From Bdellovibrionota bacterium (GTDB lineage: Bacteria > Bdellovibrionota_G > JALEGL01 > DATDPG01), in assembly GCA_963668355.1 (NCBI GenBank), contig OY764265.1:1472001-1536000 (forward strand): a DNA stretch of 64,000 bases, written 5' to 3'. Shown in pieces: positions 22,056 to 32,006 of the stretch. The position numbers and the translations under genes were made by a program. The notes beneath the pieces were generated by a model that did not search any database, was not told the origin of the DNA, and saw only the letters and a list, made by a program, of their open reading frames with translations. Within the stretch, counting starts at the first letter, position 1; each line of letters opens with the position of its first letter.

Positions 22056-24326
22056 ATGAAAATTGAACTCGACAAAGCCGCAGCTCAGAAGATTTTCCAC
22101 ACCAGCCTCCAGCGCCTGGATGTCGTAAAGAAGCGTCTGGGAAGGCCCTTTACGCTGGCTGAAAAGGTTTTGTTTGCGCATTTGGATGATCCTTCCGGAC
22201 AAACGTTTAAGCGAGGAGAAGCCATCTTGGCGCTTCGGCCGGATCGTGTGGCCATGCAAGATGCCACAGCTCAAATGGCCTTACTTCAGTTTATGAATGC
22301 CGGGCGAAAAACGACAGCGGTGCCGTCCACGGTCCATTGCGATCATCTTATCCGGGCGCATCAAGGTGCGGGAAAAGATCTTCCTGTGGCGAGAGATGAA
22401 AATCGTGAGGTGTACGATTTTTTGAAAACCGTGTGTGCAAAATACGGTTTGGGTTATTGGGAGCCGGGTGCGGGAATCATTCATCAAGTGGTCCTCGAGA
22501 ACTACGCGCTTCCCGGAACCATGATGATTGGAACGGATTCTCATACGCCAAATGCCGGTGGCCTGGGCATGATCGCCGTGGGTGTGGGCGGTGCGGATGC
22601 AATGGATGTCATGGCCGGCCTTCCTTGGGAGGTCAAACATCCCAAGTTGATTGGAGTGAAGCTCACGGGAAAGATGAGCGGTTGGACTTCACCCAAAGAT
22701 GTGATTCTCAAGTTATGTGGAATTTTAACCACCAAAGGGGGGACCAATCGGATCATCGAATACTTTGGTCCTGGAACAAAAGAAATTAGCTGTACGGGTA
22801 AAGGCACGATCACAAATATGGGGGCCGAGTTGGGAGCGACGACCTCCATTTTCCCTTTCGACAATCGTATGGAGAAATATCTTCAAGCGACCAAGAGGGG
22901 CGAGTTTATTCAACTTTTAGAGAAGCACGCCTCGTTACTGGTGGCCGATGAAGAAGTTGAGAAAGATCCCGACGCGTATTTTGATCAGGTGATTGAAATT
23001 GACTTGAGCCAACTCGAACCACATTTAGTGGGACCACACTCTCCGGATGTGGCTCGACCCGTTTCGGATGTCAAAAAAGACGTTCAAGCGAACGATTTTC
23101 CCAATACCCTGTCTGCGGCATTGATCGGGAGTTGCACCAACTCTTCCTATGAAGATTTGGAACGCGCGGCTGATATCGCACGGCAAGCCACAGCCCATGG
23201 TTTGAAGGCCAAAGTGCCGCTCATGGTGACTCCAGGATCTAGTCAAATTTTTGAGACGATTGCGCGGGATGGTCAAATGAAAGCCCTTGAGGAAGTCGGG
23301 GCGTCGGTGTTGGCCAATGCGTGTGGCCCTTGCATCGGTCAATGGAAACGCGATGACATTCAAATCGGTGAGCGAAATAGCATCATCACGTCCTTCAATC
23401 GCAATTTCCCTAAACGGAATGATGGGAACTCCGAAACCTATGCCTTCATTGGAAGTCCGGAAATTGTCGTGGCGTATTCTTTTGCAGGAGATCTCCATTG
23501 GAATCCGTTGAAAGACTCGCTTCAAGACTCCCAAGGGTTGGAGTTTTCTTTTTCTCCTCCCCAGCTCGCGGATGAATTGCCAGCCAAGGGGTTTGTTTCA
23601 GAACAGTCTGGATATCTTTCTCCTGAAAAAGGGAGAGATGGTGAGGTGATCATCTCACCCGATAGCGAACGGCTTCAGGAGCTTACCCCCTTTGAAGCTT
23701 GGTCGGGGGATGATTTTGAACGCTTGCCCTTGCTTTTGAAGGCCAAAGGAAAATGCACAACAGACCACATTTCTCCGGCAGGTCCTTGGCTTCGGTTTCG
23801 AGGACATCTCGACCGAATTAGTGACAATATGTTTCTGGGAGCGATCAATGCCTTCTCCGAAAAAGCAGGGGTCACATTAAATATGGAAACAGGCGAAAAA
23901 GATCAGCCCATTTCTAAGGTGGCCCGCGATTATAGAAACCGTGGCATGCAATGGGTGGTTGTGGGGGATGAAAATTATGGCGAGGGAAGTTCGAGGGAAC
24001 ATGCGGCCATGTCTCCCCGATATTTAGGGGCAGCTGCGGTGATTACTCGAAGCTTCGCGCGGATTCATGAAACCAATTTAAAAAAACAGGGCGTGCTTCC
24101 GCTCACGTTTATTCATTGTGAGGATTACGAAAAAGTGAGCGAAAAAGATCACGTGAGTTTGAAAGGGCTTTCGTCACTTTCACCCCTCGGCCATGTGACA
24201 TGTGTTTTTCACCACGAGGATGGGACGGAAGATGAGGTCGAACTGGCCCATTCCTTAACGGAAGAACAAATTGAATGGTTTAAAGCGGGTTCTGCGTTGA
24301 ACTACCTGCGTGCAAAGAACCGTTAG
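22056..24326 (+). CDS. Aconitate hydratase (mitochondrial-type subfamily)
   Basis: RPDRVAMQDATAQMA, HCDHLI, GTDSHT, GSCTNSS, NACGPCIGQW, TTDHISPAG, NYGEGSSREHAA. Confidence 0.97.
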   Translation: MKIELDKAAAQKIFHTSLQRLDVVKKRLGRPFTLAEKVLFAHLDDPSGQTFKRGEAILALRPDRVAMQDATAQMALLQFMNAGRKTTAVPSTVHCDHLIRAHQGAGKDLPVARDENREVYDFLKTVCAKYGLGYWEPGAGIIHQVVLENYALPGTMMIGTDSHTPNAGGLGMIAVGVGGADAMDVMAGLPWEVKHPKLIGVKLTGKMSGWTSPKDVILKLCGILTTKGGTNRIIEYFGPGTKEISCTGKGTITNMGAELGATTSIFPFDNRMEKYLQATKRGEFIQLLEKHASLLVADEEVEKDPDAYFDQVIEIDLSQLEPHLVGPHSPDVARPVSDVKKDVQANDFPNTLSAALIGSCTNSSYEDLERAADIARQATAHGLKAKVPLMVTPGSSQIFETIARDGQMKALEEVGASVLANACGPCIGQWKRDDIQIGERNSIITSFNRNFPKRNDGNSETYAFIGSPEIVVAYSFAGDLHWNPLKDSLQDSQGLEFSFSPPQLADELPAKGFVSEQSGYLSPEKGRDGEVIISPDSERLQELTPFEAWSGDDFERLPLLLKAKGKCTTDHISPAGPWLRFRGHLDRISDNMFLGAINAFSEKAGVTLNMETGEKDQPISKVARDYRNRGMQWVVVGDENYGEGSSREHAAMSPRYLGAAAVITRSFARIHETNLKKQGVLPLTFIHCEDYEKVSEKDHVSLKGLSSLSPLGHVTCVFHHEDGTEDEVELAHSLTEEQIEWFKAGSALNYLRAKNR

Positions 24327-26212
24327 AATCTTTTGCAAAACGAAGAACTATCCAAGAGATAATAACGCGAATCTTCGGCCACCAAGTGCATTTCGCTTTT
24401 TAAGATCTCCAAGGCTGGATCATAAGGTTCGGAATATCGAGGGTTTTTTCCGATCACAAGATACCGGGCCCCCAATTTGTGAAGCAAGCGACATCGGATG
24501 TCCGGGGTTCGCGTTTCCAAAATCGCTTTGACCTTTCTCATGCGAAGTCCATCCGGATAGCCGGAGGACCACAGAAAATAGGGCCAACCCAAGAGGACCT
24601 TTCGACCCACCAAGTTCACGGGATGGTAAATGGCATAGGATGTGACAAAGACATCTTGAGGCTTGCTATGCTGCATGACTTTTCGAGCCATGACGTCAGC
24701 TTTCCAATCATGGATCTTGATTACGCCGTCGTGAAGGATGGGAAAAAGGTCTAAGAATCCCGAGATGGATATGAGCACAGTCGTGCAAACGACCAAGATT
24801 TTTCTCCATATCTTTTGATTCCAAAATTCAACCAACCATTGAGCGGTGAATAGGTTGAGAATGACCAACCAAATATTGAAGAATTTATGATTGGTGTAGA
24901 TGTCAGGCCCGAATTTCACAAGATTTGGAAGAACAAAAATGGATAGACTAAGGATCAACAAGAGTCGCCTTTGTCCTTTCCACCAAAACAGAAGAATTGG
25001 AAGCAGAAGAAATTTCAGACCAATGTTTTGAATCCAGTAATTGAAAAATGAGAGAACGCTCAAATGTGGAAAAAGCGCATACCCCAAGCGGAATGAAGGG
25101 GCAGCGCTTGGGCTGGAGGGCGAAAGGGAAAGCATTTGAGGCAGGGCAATGATGGCAGCAATTCCCATGAGAAGGGCCAGTGGTTTTCGGGGTTTTTGGA
25201 AAACTAAAAAGCCGACCATCACTATTGTGAAGGAGACAAAACTCAGGCCGTGAAACAGAGGAAAAAGCCCCCATAAAATGCCCAAAAAAATGGACTGTTT
25301 GGTGTCGAGATTTTTGGGCCGAAGCACAAACACCAGAAAAACCAAACCGACAGCAATCCCGAAGGCAAAATGACGTTGATTCGTAAAAACGCTGAGGGTC
25401 CAAAATAGTCCGGTGATGACCTCATCCCAATTGTAATAGGGTCCCCCACTTAGAAAACTCACTCTGCCCAATGAGCCTTTCCACAAGGAAGCCAACGAGA
25501 AGGAAGAAAGGGAGAGGGTGTGAAAGAAGGCGAGCGAGCCGGAACAAAGCGTAAGAAATACGGCGAGGACTCCGGATTTTTGAGAGATGTTTTGAGGAAA
25601 AAGCGTTTTTAAAAGAAAGGGAATGGCGATTAGAAATGTGGCGAACCCAAGCGTGCTTGTTAAATTGAGGCCCCAGTCAATCGACAGACCGAGGTTCTCC
25701 AAGTAACCCACAAAAAAATAAAACATGAAGTGGTAACGAATTGATACGCCTGCAAAAAGAGGAGACTCAACGGGAATGTTTTCGCCCATGGAAAAAGACC
25801 GAATCAGGGGAATGTGATTGGCAAAGTCACTAAAAACCAACCGATCCATGACCAATTTTTGAGTGCTCGTTTCAAGATGGAAGGTTGAAAACATGAGAAA
25901 AGCCGAAATGAATAGCGTGCCAAAGACCCAAAGGATTTGCTCTTTCGAAAGGGAAAGATCCCTCCAGGGAGTTTTTCGCCAGAAAGCCTGAGCGAGAAGC
26001 AGCGTGGTAAAAGTTGCGTAGGTGCTTGTGGAGATTGGGGTTTGGCTTCCCAGTGCGTGAGCCAGGTGTGAGAATGCGTAGGCCAACCAGGTGGAAAGGA
26101 TGAATCCAGAAATCCAGCCAACCGTCCAAAGTTTTAAATGTTTGAGATGGAGGATGTGCCGAGTGAGAAAGATTCCCACCGACCACGCCAGAAGAAGAAA
26201 TAAAGCGCCCAA
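24323..26212 (-). CDS. Polytopic membrane protein, probable GT-C-type glycosyltransferase
   Basis: About 13 hydrophobic segments, early loop 'SDFANH..RYHFMFY', soluble C-terminal domain; directly downstream of a GT2 gene. Confidence 0.6.
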   Translation of the reverse strand: MGALFLLLAWSVGIFLTRHILHLKHLKLWTVGWISGFILSTWLAYAFSHLAHALGSQTPISTSTYATFTTLLLAQAFWRKTPWRDLSLSKEQILWVFGTLFISAFLMFSTFHLETSTQKLVMDRLVFSDFANHIPLIRSFSMGENIPVESPLFAGVSIRYHFMFYFFVGYLENLGLSIDWGLNLTSTLGFATFLIAIPFLLKTLFPQNISQKSGVLAVFLTLCSGSLAFFHTLSLSSFSLASLWKGSLGRVSFLSGGPYYNWDEVITGLFWTLSVFTNQRHFAFGIAVGLVFLVFVLRPKNLDTKQSIFLGILWGLFPLFHGLSFVSFTIVMVGFLVFQKPRKPLALLMGIAAIIALPQMLSLSPSSPSAAPSFRLGYALFPHLSVLSFFNYWIQNIGLKFLLLPILLFWWKGQRRLLLILSLSIFVLPNLVKFGPDIYTNHKFFNIWLVILNLFTAQWLVEFWNQKIWRKILVVCTTVLISISGFLDLFPILHDGVIKIHDWKADVMARKVMQHSKPQDVFVTSYAIYHPVNLVGRKVLLGWPYFLWSSGYPDGLRMRKVKAILETRTPDIRCRLLHKLGARYLVIGKNPRYSEPYDPALEILKSEMHLVAEDSRYYLLDSSSFCKRF

Positions 26213-26938
26213 CTAGATTCTCCGTAGGATTCTGTGTTGCCAGAAGATTTTGAGAATATCCACCAGAGTCAGAATGTAATCTCTCCTTTTTACGCGCGTG
26301 TCTCCAAGGTCATGCCATTGAATGGGAATTTCTTTCACGACAAACCGGTTTTGGGTGATCAAGGACAAGAGTTCGATATCAAAAGACCATTTTCGTTGTC
26401 GAGTTTTGGGCATGCACATTTCCAAAACATGGGCTCGAAAAATCTTTACGCCACATTGTGTGTCTTTGATTCCCGGCAATAAGAGGAGCTGGATGAGTCC
26501 GTTGCCAAGTCGGGCCAGGAGTTTTCGAAAAGGAAGAGAAAATCCAAGACGTTGACTTCCCTTTTTACGTTTGGACCCAATGACGACATCCAATTGAATG
26601 TTTTCTTTTAGGGTTTCCCAGAGTTTTTTAAGGTCCTGGGTTGGGATGTCACCATCGGCATCAAAAAACGCGATTACATCGCCTTGGGCGATTTCGAAAC
26701 CACTTCGTAGTGCTGCCCCTTTTCCTTGATTTTGCGGATGTTCTAAAAGTCGAATCTGTGGATTTTCCTTGGCGGCTTTGGAGACAATCCAAGGCGTTTG
26801 GTCGGTGGATCCGTCATCGACAACGATGAACTCTGTTTCTTGCGAAAAGGAGGAAAGAAGCGAATTCAATGTGTCCCGAATTCGTGTTTCCTCATTGTAG
26901 GCTGGCAAAATGATGCTAAGAATGACTTTCCTCCTCAA
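26213..26938 (-). CDS. GT2 polyprenyl-phosphate glycosyltransferase (Alg5/DPM-like)
   Basis: LPAYNEE, VDDGSTD, NQGKGAA, FDAD, DTQCGVKIF, FDIELL. Confidence 0.9.
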   Translation of the reverse strand: MRRKVILSIILPAYNEETRIRDTLNSLLSSFSQETEFIVVDDGSTDQTPWIVSKAAKENPQIRLLEHPQNQGKGAALRSGFEIAQGDVIAFFDADGDIPTQDLKKLWETLKENIQLDVVIGSKRKKGSQRLGFSLPFRKLLARLGNGLIQLLLLPGIKDTQCGVKIFRAHVLEMCMPKTRQRKWSFDIELLSLITQNRFVVKEIPIQWHDLGDTRVKRRDYILTLVDILKIFWQHRILRRI

Positions 26939-28073
26939 GGACTAAGCCGCGTTCTTTTAAGCCTTGGAGAAGGTCGTCCACGGGAACGGTTTGTTCGATG
27001 GGGGTCGCCCCCAAGGGAGTTTTTCCCTGAACTTGAAGAAAAGCCGTGGTTGAGGTTGGGAATCCTGTGGTTCTTTCCATGGCCGAAAAGTTCTCATCGC
27101 CACGATCCAACATGGAAATTCGATACGTTTCTTTTTTTCCCTTTTTTAAACCCACCGCTTCCATCCAGAGAACGACGAGGTCTTTGTCATCGGGGAAAGT
27201 GGTCGATTTTTCTAGAAGAACTTTCAAGACCTCTCGAGGAGCAATGTGTGCTTTTTCAAAGGGAAGGGGCTCTTGGCTCAATAAACCCAGAGCATCGAAT
27301 GCCCTCAGAGCACTCCAATGACCCGGATGTCGAAGGGTCTTGTAATCAAAGTTTTGTACCTTTCCGAGAAAAGATTCGGGGGCCGTGGAGGTCCCTCCAG
27401 AAGTTACGACCGCTTCGAGTTTTCCTAAGGGCTTGAAGTCAATCTCTTCCAACTCAGAAAGGGCGGGGACTTCATGAAGCTTTCCATCCCGAATGATCGA
27501 GGCCATTCCGCTGTATTCATTGAGAAGACCTTCAATGCTGAAAACCATTTTGTAGAAAAAAGGGGGTTTTGGATGTGCGGGAATTCCTCCGCATCGAACC
27601 CGAATGGTTTCAGTTTCATCAAAATGGTTCAGGGCTTTAGCTGCTAAGAGATTGGATAGTCCCGGAGCCAGCCCACAGTCGGGTAATAGGGAAATCTTTG
27701 CGGATCGGGCTTGGTCGTTGAGGGCAAGCTCTTGTTTAACAACGTCGGTGTTCCCACCCAAATCGGTGAAGTGGACTTTCTCCAGAACTGCGGCTTGAGC
27801 TGCGAGGGGGTTAAGAAAATAGGGAAGAGCGCTGACGACAGCGTCCTTGCCTTTTAGGTGGGGTTGGATGTGCTTGACGGAACGTACATCTCCCTGAACC
27901 GGCTTGATCTTTTCGGAATGTAAGAGACGATTTAAGTTTTTGGCACATGCCTGGACCCGGGGTTCTTCTCGGTCCACCAACGTAACTTCTTTGGCCTGGC
28001 CATGTTTGACCAAATCAAAGGCGATGGCTGCACCTTGACGTCCGGCTCCCAAAACGACGTAAAAATAAGACAT
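26916..28073 (-). CDS. Saccharopine dehydrogenase family (lysine 6-dehydrogenase-like)
   Basis: GAGRQG, TDLGG, DCGLAPGLSN, FSIEGLLNEY, YKTLRHPGH, AMERTTGF. Confidence 0.88.
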   Translation of the reverse strand: MSYFYVVLGAGRQGAAIAFDLVKHGQAKEVTLVDREEPRVQACAKNLNRLLHSEKIKPVQGDVRSVKHIQPHLKGKDAVVSALPYFLNPLAAQAAVLEKVHFTDLGGNTDVVKQELALNDQARSAKISLLPDCGLAPGLSNLLAAKALNHFDETETIRVRCGGIPAHPKPPFFYKMVFSIEGLLNEYSGMASIIRDGKLHEVPALSELEEIDFKPLGKLEAVVTSGGTSTAPESFLGKVQNFDYKTLRHPGHWSALRAFDALGLLSQEPLPFEKAHIAPREVLKVLLEKSTTFPDDKDLVVLWMEAVGLKKGKKETYRISMLDRGDENFSAMERTTGFPTSTTAFLQVQGKTPLGATPIEQTVPVDDLLQGLKERGLVLEEESHS

Positions 28074-28118
28074 GAACGAATGCTAGCGTGAAAGAACCGA
28101 AATGGAAAACAGTTCAGT

Positions 28119-28925
28119 CTAGCGAATGGAGCGAAGCGTGGCTCGTCTTTCCGAGCGAAGAAGATGCGATGTGATGAAGTCAAAAATCCGAGATCGATCG
28201 GCTGACATGATTTCCATGAAATTTAACCCCATCCCGGCCGGCTGCATGATGGCTTCCGGACCAGAAATATAGGTTCGATTGTGGACCACTTTCGCATTGC
28301 ACCTGACAGGGGTGGCTTCATGAGGAAGGTGTACCGTAAGTTTGACTTGCTCACCGATGCCCAGAGGGTTGAAGGAACGTATGAAGATGCCACCGACACT
28401 GACGTCCACCGTATCTCCGTCAAAGGTGCGGTGGTCTTCCAATAGGCGATAAGAAACACTCAGGTTGGCCAAGGCGCGGCCGTGCAATCGCCTGTTTTGT
28501 TGGCCAGGAAACAGAAGTCGGTTGATTACGAACGCGATTTGATGCGGGCCATACGTCTTGGAAATGGTTCCATCGACATCCAAGCGATCTTCCAGGTGAT
28601 AGAGCGAGTCCGTGATGTCATAACGAATGAGGAGAATCTTTGTTTGTTGGAAACGGGGTGAACGAATGACTGCATTTTGAAAGGCAATTTCATTAAAGGA
28701 AGGCACCATGGGGTCGATGATGATCATTTCAAACTGACTCGTGTTTTGGTCGATCAAAGACAGGGCCTCGTTCCACTCCTGCGTGAACACGGTTTCACAT
28801 TCAAGTGTGTCCAAGGTGTTTTTCAGATGGTCATGAAAAATCTGAAAATGTGGTGGACTGTTGAGTACGAGAATTCGGTGCTTCTGCTTTTGTTCAGACA
28901 TCTTCATCAATGGTTCCCCTACCAA
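28119..28925 (-). CDS. Degenerate receiver-like domain plus PilZ domain protein
   Basis: N-terminal CheY-like pattern (RILVLN..FEMIIIDPMVP..ISK); 'NRRLHGR' and 'DVSVGGIF' PilZ motifs. Confidence 0.8.
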   Translation of the reverse strand: MVGEPLMKMSEQKQKHRILVLNSPPHFQIFHDHLKNTLDTLECETVFTQEWNEALSLIDQNTSQFEMIIIDPMVPSFNEIAFQNAVIRSPRFQQTKILLIRYDITDSLYHLEDRLDVDGTISKTYGPHQIAFVINRLLFPGQQNRRLHGRALANLSVSYRLLEDHRTFDGDTVDVSVGGIFIRSFNPLGIGEQVKLTVHLPHEATPVRCNAKVVHNRTYISGPEAIMQPAGMGLNFMEIMSADRSRIFDFITSHLLRSERRATLRSIR

Positions 28926-29218
28926 TTACCGGAGATGAAATTTCCCCTGTTAACTTTTTCATTATAACGCAACATTTGTTTCTGTTCAACCATTTAAAAT
29001 AAAGGCAAAAAAGACAAAAAATGTAAGCAATTACAAATTGTGTAAACAAAAGTTACTTAAAAAAAGCGATAGGTACGGCGGGTATTTAACGTCAGGTGCT
29101 TTTTTTCAATCCTACCTGGGGGACGAAAAGAGGCCTAGGGATAAAAGGCCCAAAAAAATTTTTTGGAGTCGGGACAGTGAAAAGCATTTCGGGTTATTCT
29201 AAAGGACCTAAACGAACG

Positions 29219-31063
29219 ATGAGTGTTGGCGAGTACATACTTTTGGTTGATCCAGATCGGGAACTGACTGAAACCATGCAGTTGATTCTTCGAGAGGCCG
29301 GCTACGTCTGCAAAACGGCTCATGACGGAGAAGAGGCGCTAAGTCATTGCCGACAAGAACTCCCTAAAATGGTTTTTACTGAGGGATTGATTCCCAAAAT
29401 TAATGGATTGCAGCTGGCGAAGTCCATTCGAGAACTTCCCAACGGGGGCCTTGCCAACATCGTGATGATGTCGGCCGTTTATTCTGGGGCGAAGTTCCGA
29501 AAGGAAATCGAAGAAGCAGGCATTGATGAGGTGCTTCCCAAGCCATTTAGTCCTAACGACTTGATGACCAAGGTGAGGTCGATGGAATTGTCCTTGGTTA
29601 GTAAGAACCAAGAGGCGCTCAACCTAGAGAGTGAGAAGTTTGAACATTCTGGGAATATTTCGGACACCCCTTTCATTCGACTGATCTTTCATCTGTACTC
29701 CAAAAAAGAAACCGGGACCCTCCGTCTTCAATCTTCTCAAGCCAAGAAGCTGGTTACATTTGAAGAGGGTGAGCCCAAATTTGTGGTGTCGAATTTGGAG
29801 CGAGAATGTCTTGGACAGCTGTTGGTACGACAAGGACGGCTAACCCAAGAAGAGTGTGAACGTTCATTGGCCTCCATGGCGCAGATGAAGAAAAGACAAG
29901 GTGAGGCGTTGATTCATATGGGTTTAATTGAGCCCTATGAATTGGAAGAAATGCTCAAGCAACAAGCGCGGGAGAAATTTCTTGAAATTTTTGCCTGGCG
30001 GGAGGGTAAGTATATTTTCGTTCCTGGAAAAGTTTTTCGGAAAGAGCTGACCCCGGTTGATTTGAGCATTGCCCAAATTTGTCTTCGAGGCGTCAAGGAA
30101 GCGTATAATCTAGCCCATCTCCAAGGGGAACTCCACCCCTACAAAAAGGAAGTAGCCATTTTGAACAAGACTCCAGCCTTTCCTTTGGAAGACTACAAGC
30201 TAGCGACTTGGGATATGAGGATCGCCAGGCAGATCAAGCATGGAAAGACTTTGGAAGAGATTCTGGAAATGCGTTTGGCAAGAGATTTGGATGTGTATCA
30301 TTTGTATTTCACGTTACTCATGTTGGAGACCGTTTCCTGGAAAAAAACGTCTTCTCTCCACATCAAACATGAAGATCAACAGGCCCGATCAAGGGTGGAA
30401 ACGCTGCGAGAGATGTCTCCCTTTGCCATCCTAGATGTGTCTCCAAAGGCCAGCGATGTTGAAGTTCAAAGGGCCTACGAAGAAAAATTGGAACATTTCT
30501 CCAGCCGAAATGCTTCTCCCGAAGAGATTGCCGAGCTTAGAGAGGCTTATCGTCGAATAGCATCGAATCAAGGACGGCGAGATTATTTGATTCGCATTTA
30601 CGAAGATGGAAAGCGAATGCAGCCCGAGGCGAAAGAAGTTTTTAAATATGAAGAGCTTCTGGAAATCGGACAAAGTTTTCTTTCGAAAAAGGCTTACTCT
30701 CAAGCTTCTTTGGTATTTCAAGATGCAACAGCCTTTTTTCCGGAGGAAGGAATGGGTTTTTCTCTTTTGGGTTACACAACTTTCCAACAAGAGTTTTCGA
30801 AGCAAAACCGAGACGAGAAAATTTTGGAACGGGCCAAAAAGGCCATGTTTAAGGGGATTCAGCTCACTCCTTTTCAAGCCGAACCGGCCTATTTCTTAGG
30901 TCGTGCGTTCTTTTTAGAAGAAGACTATAAAAGTTCAGTCCATTGGTTTCAAAAGGCCTTGTCCGCAGATTCCAAACATCGAGGGGCTGCAACAGAGCTG
31001 CGTCTCGCACAAATGCGAATGGAAAAACAGAACAATACGTCATTTATCAAATGGAAGCGGTAG
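29219..31063 (+). CDS. Pseudo-receiver / DUF4388-like / J-like / TPR multidomain protein
   Basis: ILLVD receiver with E at the usual phospho-Asp position (VFTEGLIP); 'SGNISDTPF..TGTL..WREGKYIF' DUF4388-like; 'PFAILDV..VQRAY' J-like; C-terminal TPRs. Start uncertain (29177 or 29219). Confidence 0.8.
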   Translation: MSVGEYILLVDPDRELTETMQLILREAGYVCKTAHDGEEALSHCRQELPKMVFTEGLIPKINGLQLAKSIRELPNGGLANIVMMSAVYSGAKFRKEIEEAGIDEVLPKPFSPNDLMTKVRSMELSLVSKNQEALNLESEKFEHSGNISDTPFIRLIFHLYSKKETGTLRLQSSQAKKLVTFEEGEPKFVVSNLERECLGQLLVRQGRLTQEECERSLASMAQMKKRQGEALIHMGLIEPYELEEMLKQQAREKFLEIFAWREGKYIFVPGKVFRKELTPVDLSIAQICLRGVKEAYNLAHLQGELHPYKKEVAILNKTPAFPLEDYKLATWDMRIARQIKHGKTLEEILEMRLARDLDVYHLYFTLLMLETVSWKKTSSLHIKHEDQQARSRVETLREMSPFAILDVSPKASDVEVQRAYEEKLEHFSSRNASPEEIAELREAYRRIASNQGRRDYLIRIYEDGKRMQPEAKEVFKYEELLEIGQSFLSKKAYSQASLVFQDATAFFPEEGMGFSLLGYTTFQQEFSKQNRDEKILERAKKAMFKGIQLTPFQAEPAYFLGRAFFLEEDYKSSVHWFQKALSADSKHRGAATELRLAQMRMEKQNNTSFIKWKR

Positions 31064-31691
31064 ATCCCCACAACAGTTTGTGCAATTGAGGTTGAAGTTT
31101 GACGGGTAGGGGGTCGGTTTTTATCCATTCAGCCAAGGTTTTTAAGTCAAGTTTTTCCCAAACGGCCGAATAAAGAACCTGGGATTTTTCAGCCAAGCGC
31201 CGTTTTCGAACGATGTCTTGCGCCCATAAAAAATCTTCCCTGTCTTGGATAACGAACTTTACTTCATCTTGTTTTTTCAGATGATCCAAGTTGGACCACA
31301 GATTTCTTTCCACTTCTCCGGATGAAGGACATTTTAGGTCCATGATTCGAATGACCCTTGGGTCACATTTTGAAATGTTGTGAGCCCCCGACGTTTCCAA
31401 AAGGACGGTTTTGCCTTGATCGGCCAAAGCCGTCATCAACGCATGGACAGGTTCCTGTAACAGAGGCTCTCCTCCAGTGATCAGAACCAGGGAAGTGGAA
31501 AATTTCTCCACTTGGTCGAGGATTTGCGAAATGGAAAGGTCTTCTCCCCCAGAGAATGCATATTCGGTATCGCAGTAGGCACATCTCAAATCACAGCCCG
31601 TCAAGCGCACGAAGGCACAGGGAAGGCCCGCTCGGGTGGACTCCCCTTGCAAAGAAAAATAGATTTCTTTGACTCGCAAGGTGGGTTTCAT
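31047..31691 (-). CDS. queE: 7-carboxy-7-deazaguanine synthase (radical SAM)
   Basis: EIYFSLQGE, RLTGCDLRCAYCDT, ITGGEPLLQ, ETSG, QLHK. Confidence 0.92.
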   Translation of the reverse strand: MKPTLRVKEIYFSLQGESTRAGLPCAFVRLTGCDLRCAYCDTEYAFSGGEDLSISQILDQVEKFSTSLVLITGGEPLLQEPVHALMTALADQGKTVLLETSGAHNISKCDPRVIRIMDLKCPSSGEVERNLWSNLDHLKKQDEVKFVIQDREDFLWAQDIVRKRRLAEKSQVLYSAVWEKLDLKTLAEWIKTDPLPVKLQPQLHKLLWGSTASI

Positions 31692-31769
31692 AAGGGGAAG
31701 GCCGTTATCCTAAATTGCCCCCATTTGGCAATAGGCGTTTGAAAAAAGGCCTGATAATGTGAAAAAGCC

Positions 31770-32006
31770 ATGATCGAATTCTATGATGTCGTGACCAATA
31801 CGTGGGGTGCGGAAGATACCATTTTCATTCTCGCTTTGGCGGTTACTTTTCTAGTGACACTGTACATTCTTTCGCTGATTCACCGGAAAATGCGATTGAT
31901 CGAGGGCGAAATCCTCGCCATGCGCAAAGACCAAAGCGTCATTTCCGAAGAGTTAGAGATGTTGGCGCGGCTAAGAGGCGAAGCGCAGAAAAAGCCTGAA
32001 GAGTAA
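31770..32006 (+). CDS. Small membrane protein (one TM helix plus coiled coil)
   Basis: Hydrophobic stretch then heptad-like tail; TTGAAA..GATAAT promoter-like sequence upstream. Confidence 0.7.
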   Translation: MIEFYDVVTNTWGAEDTIFILALAVTFLVTLYILSLIHRKMRLIEGEILAMRKDQSVISEELEMLARLRGEAQKKPEE

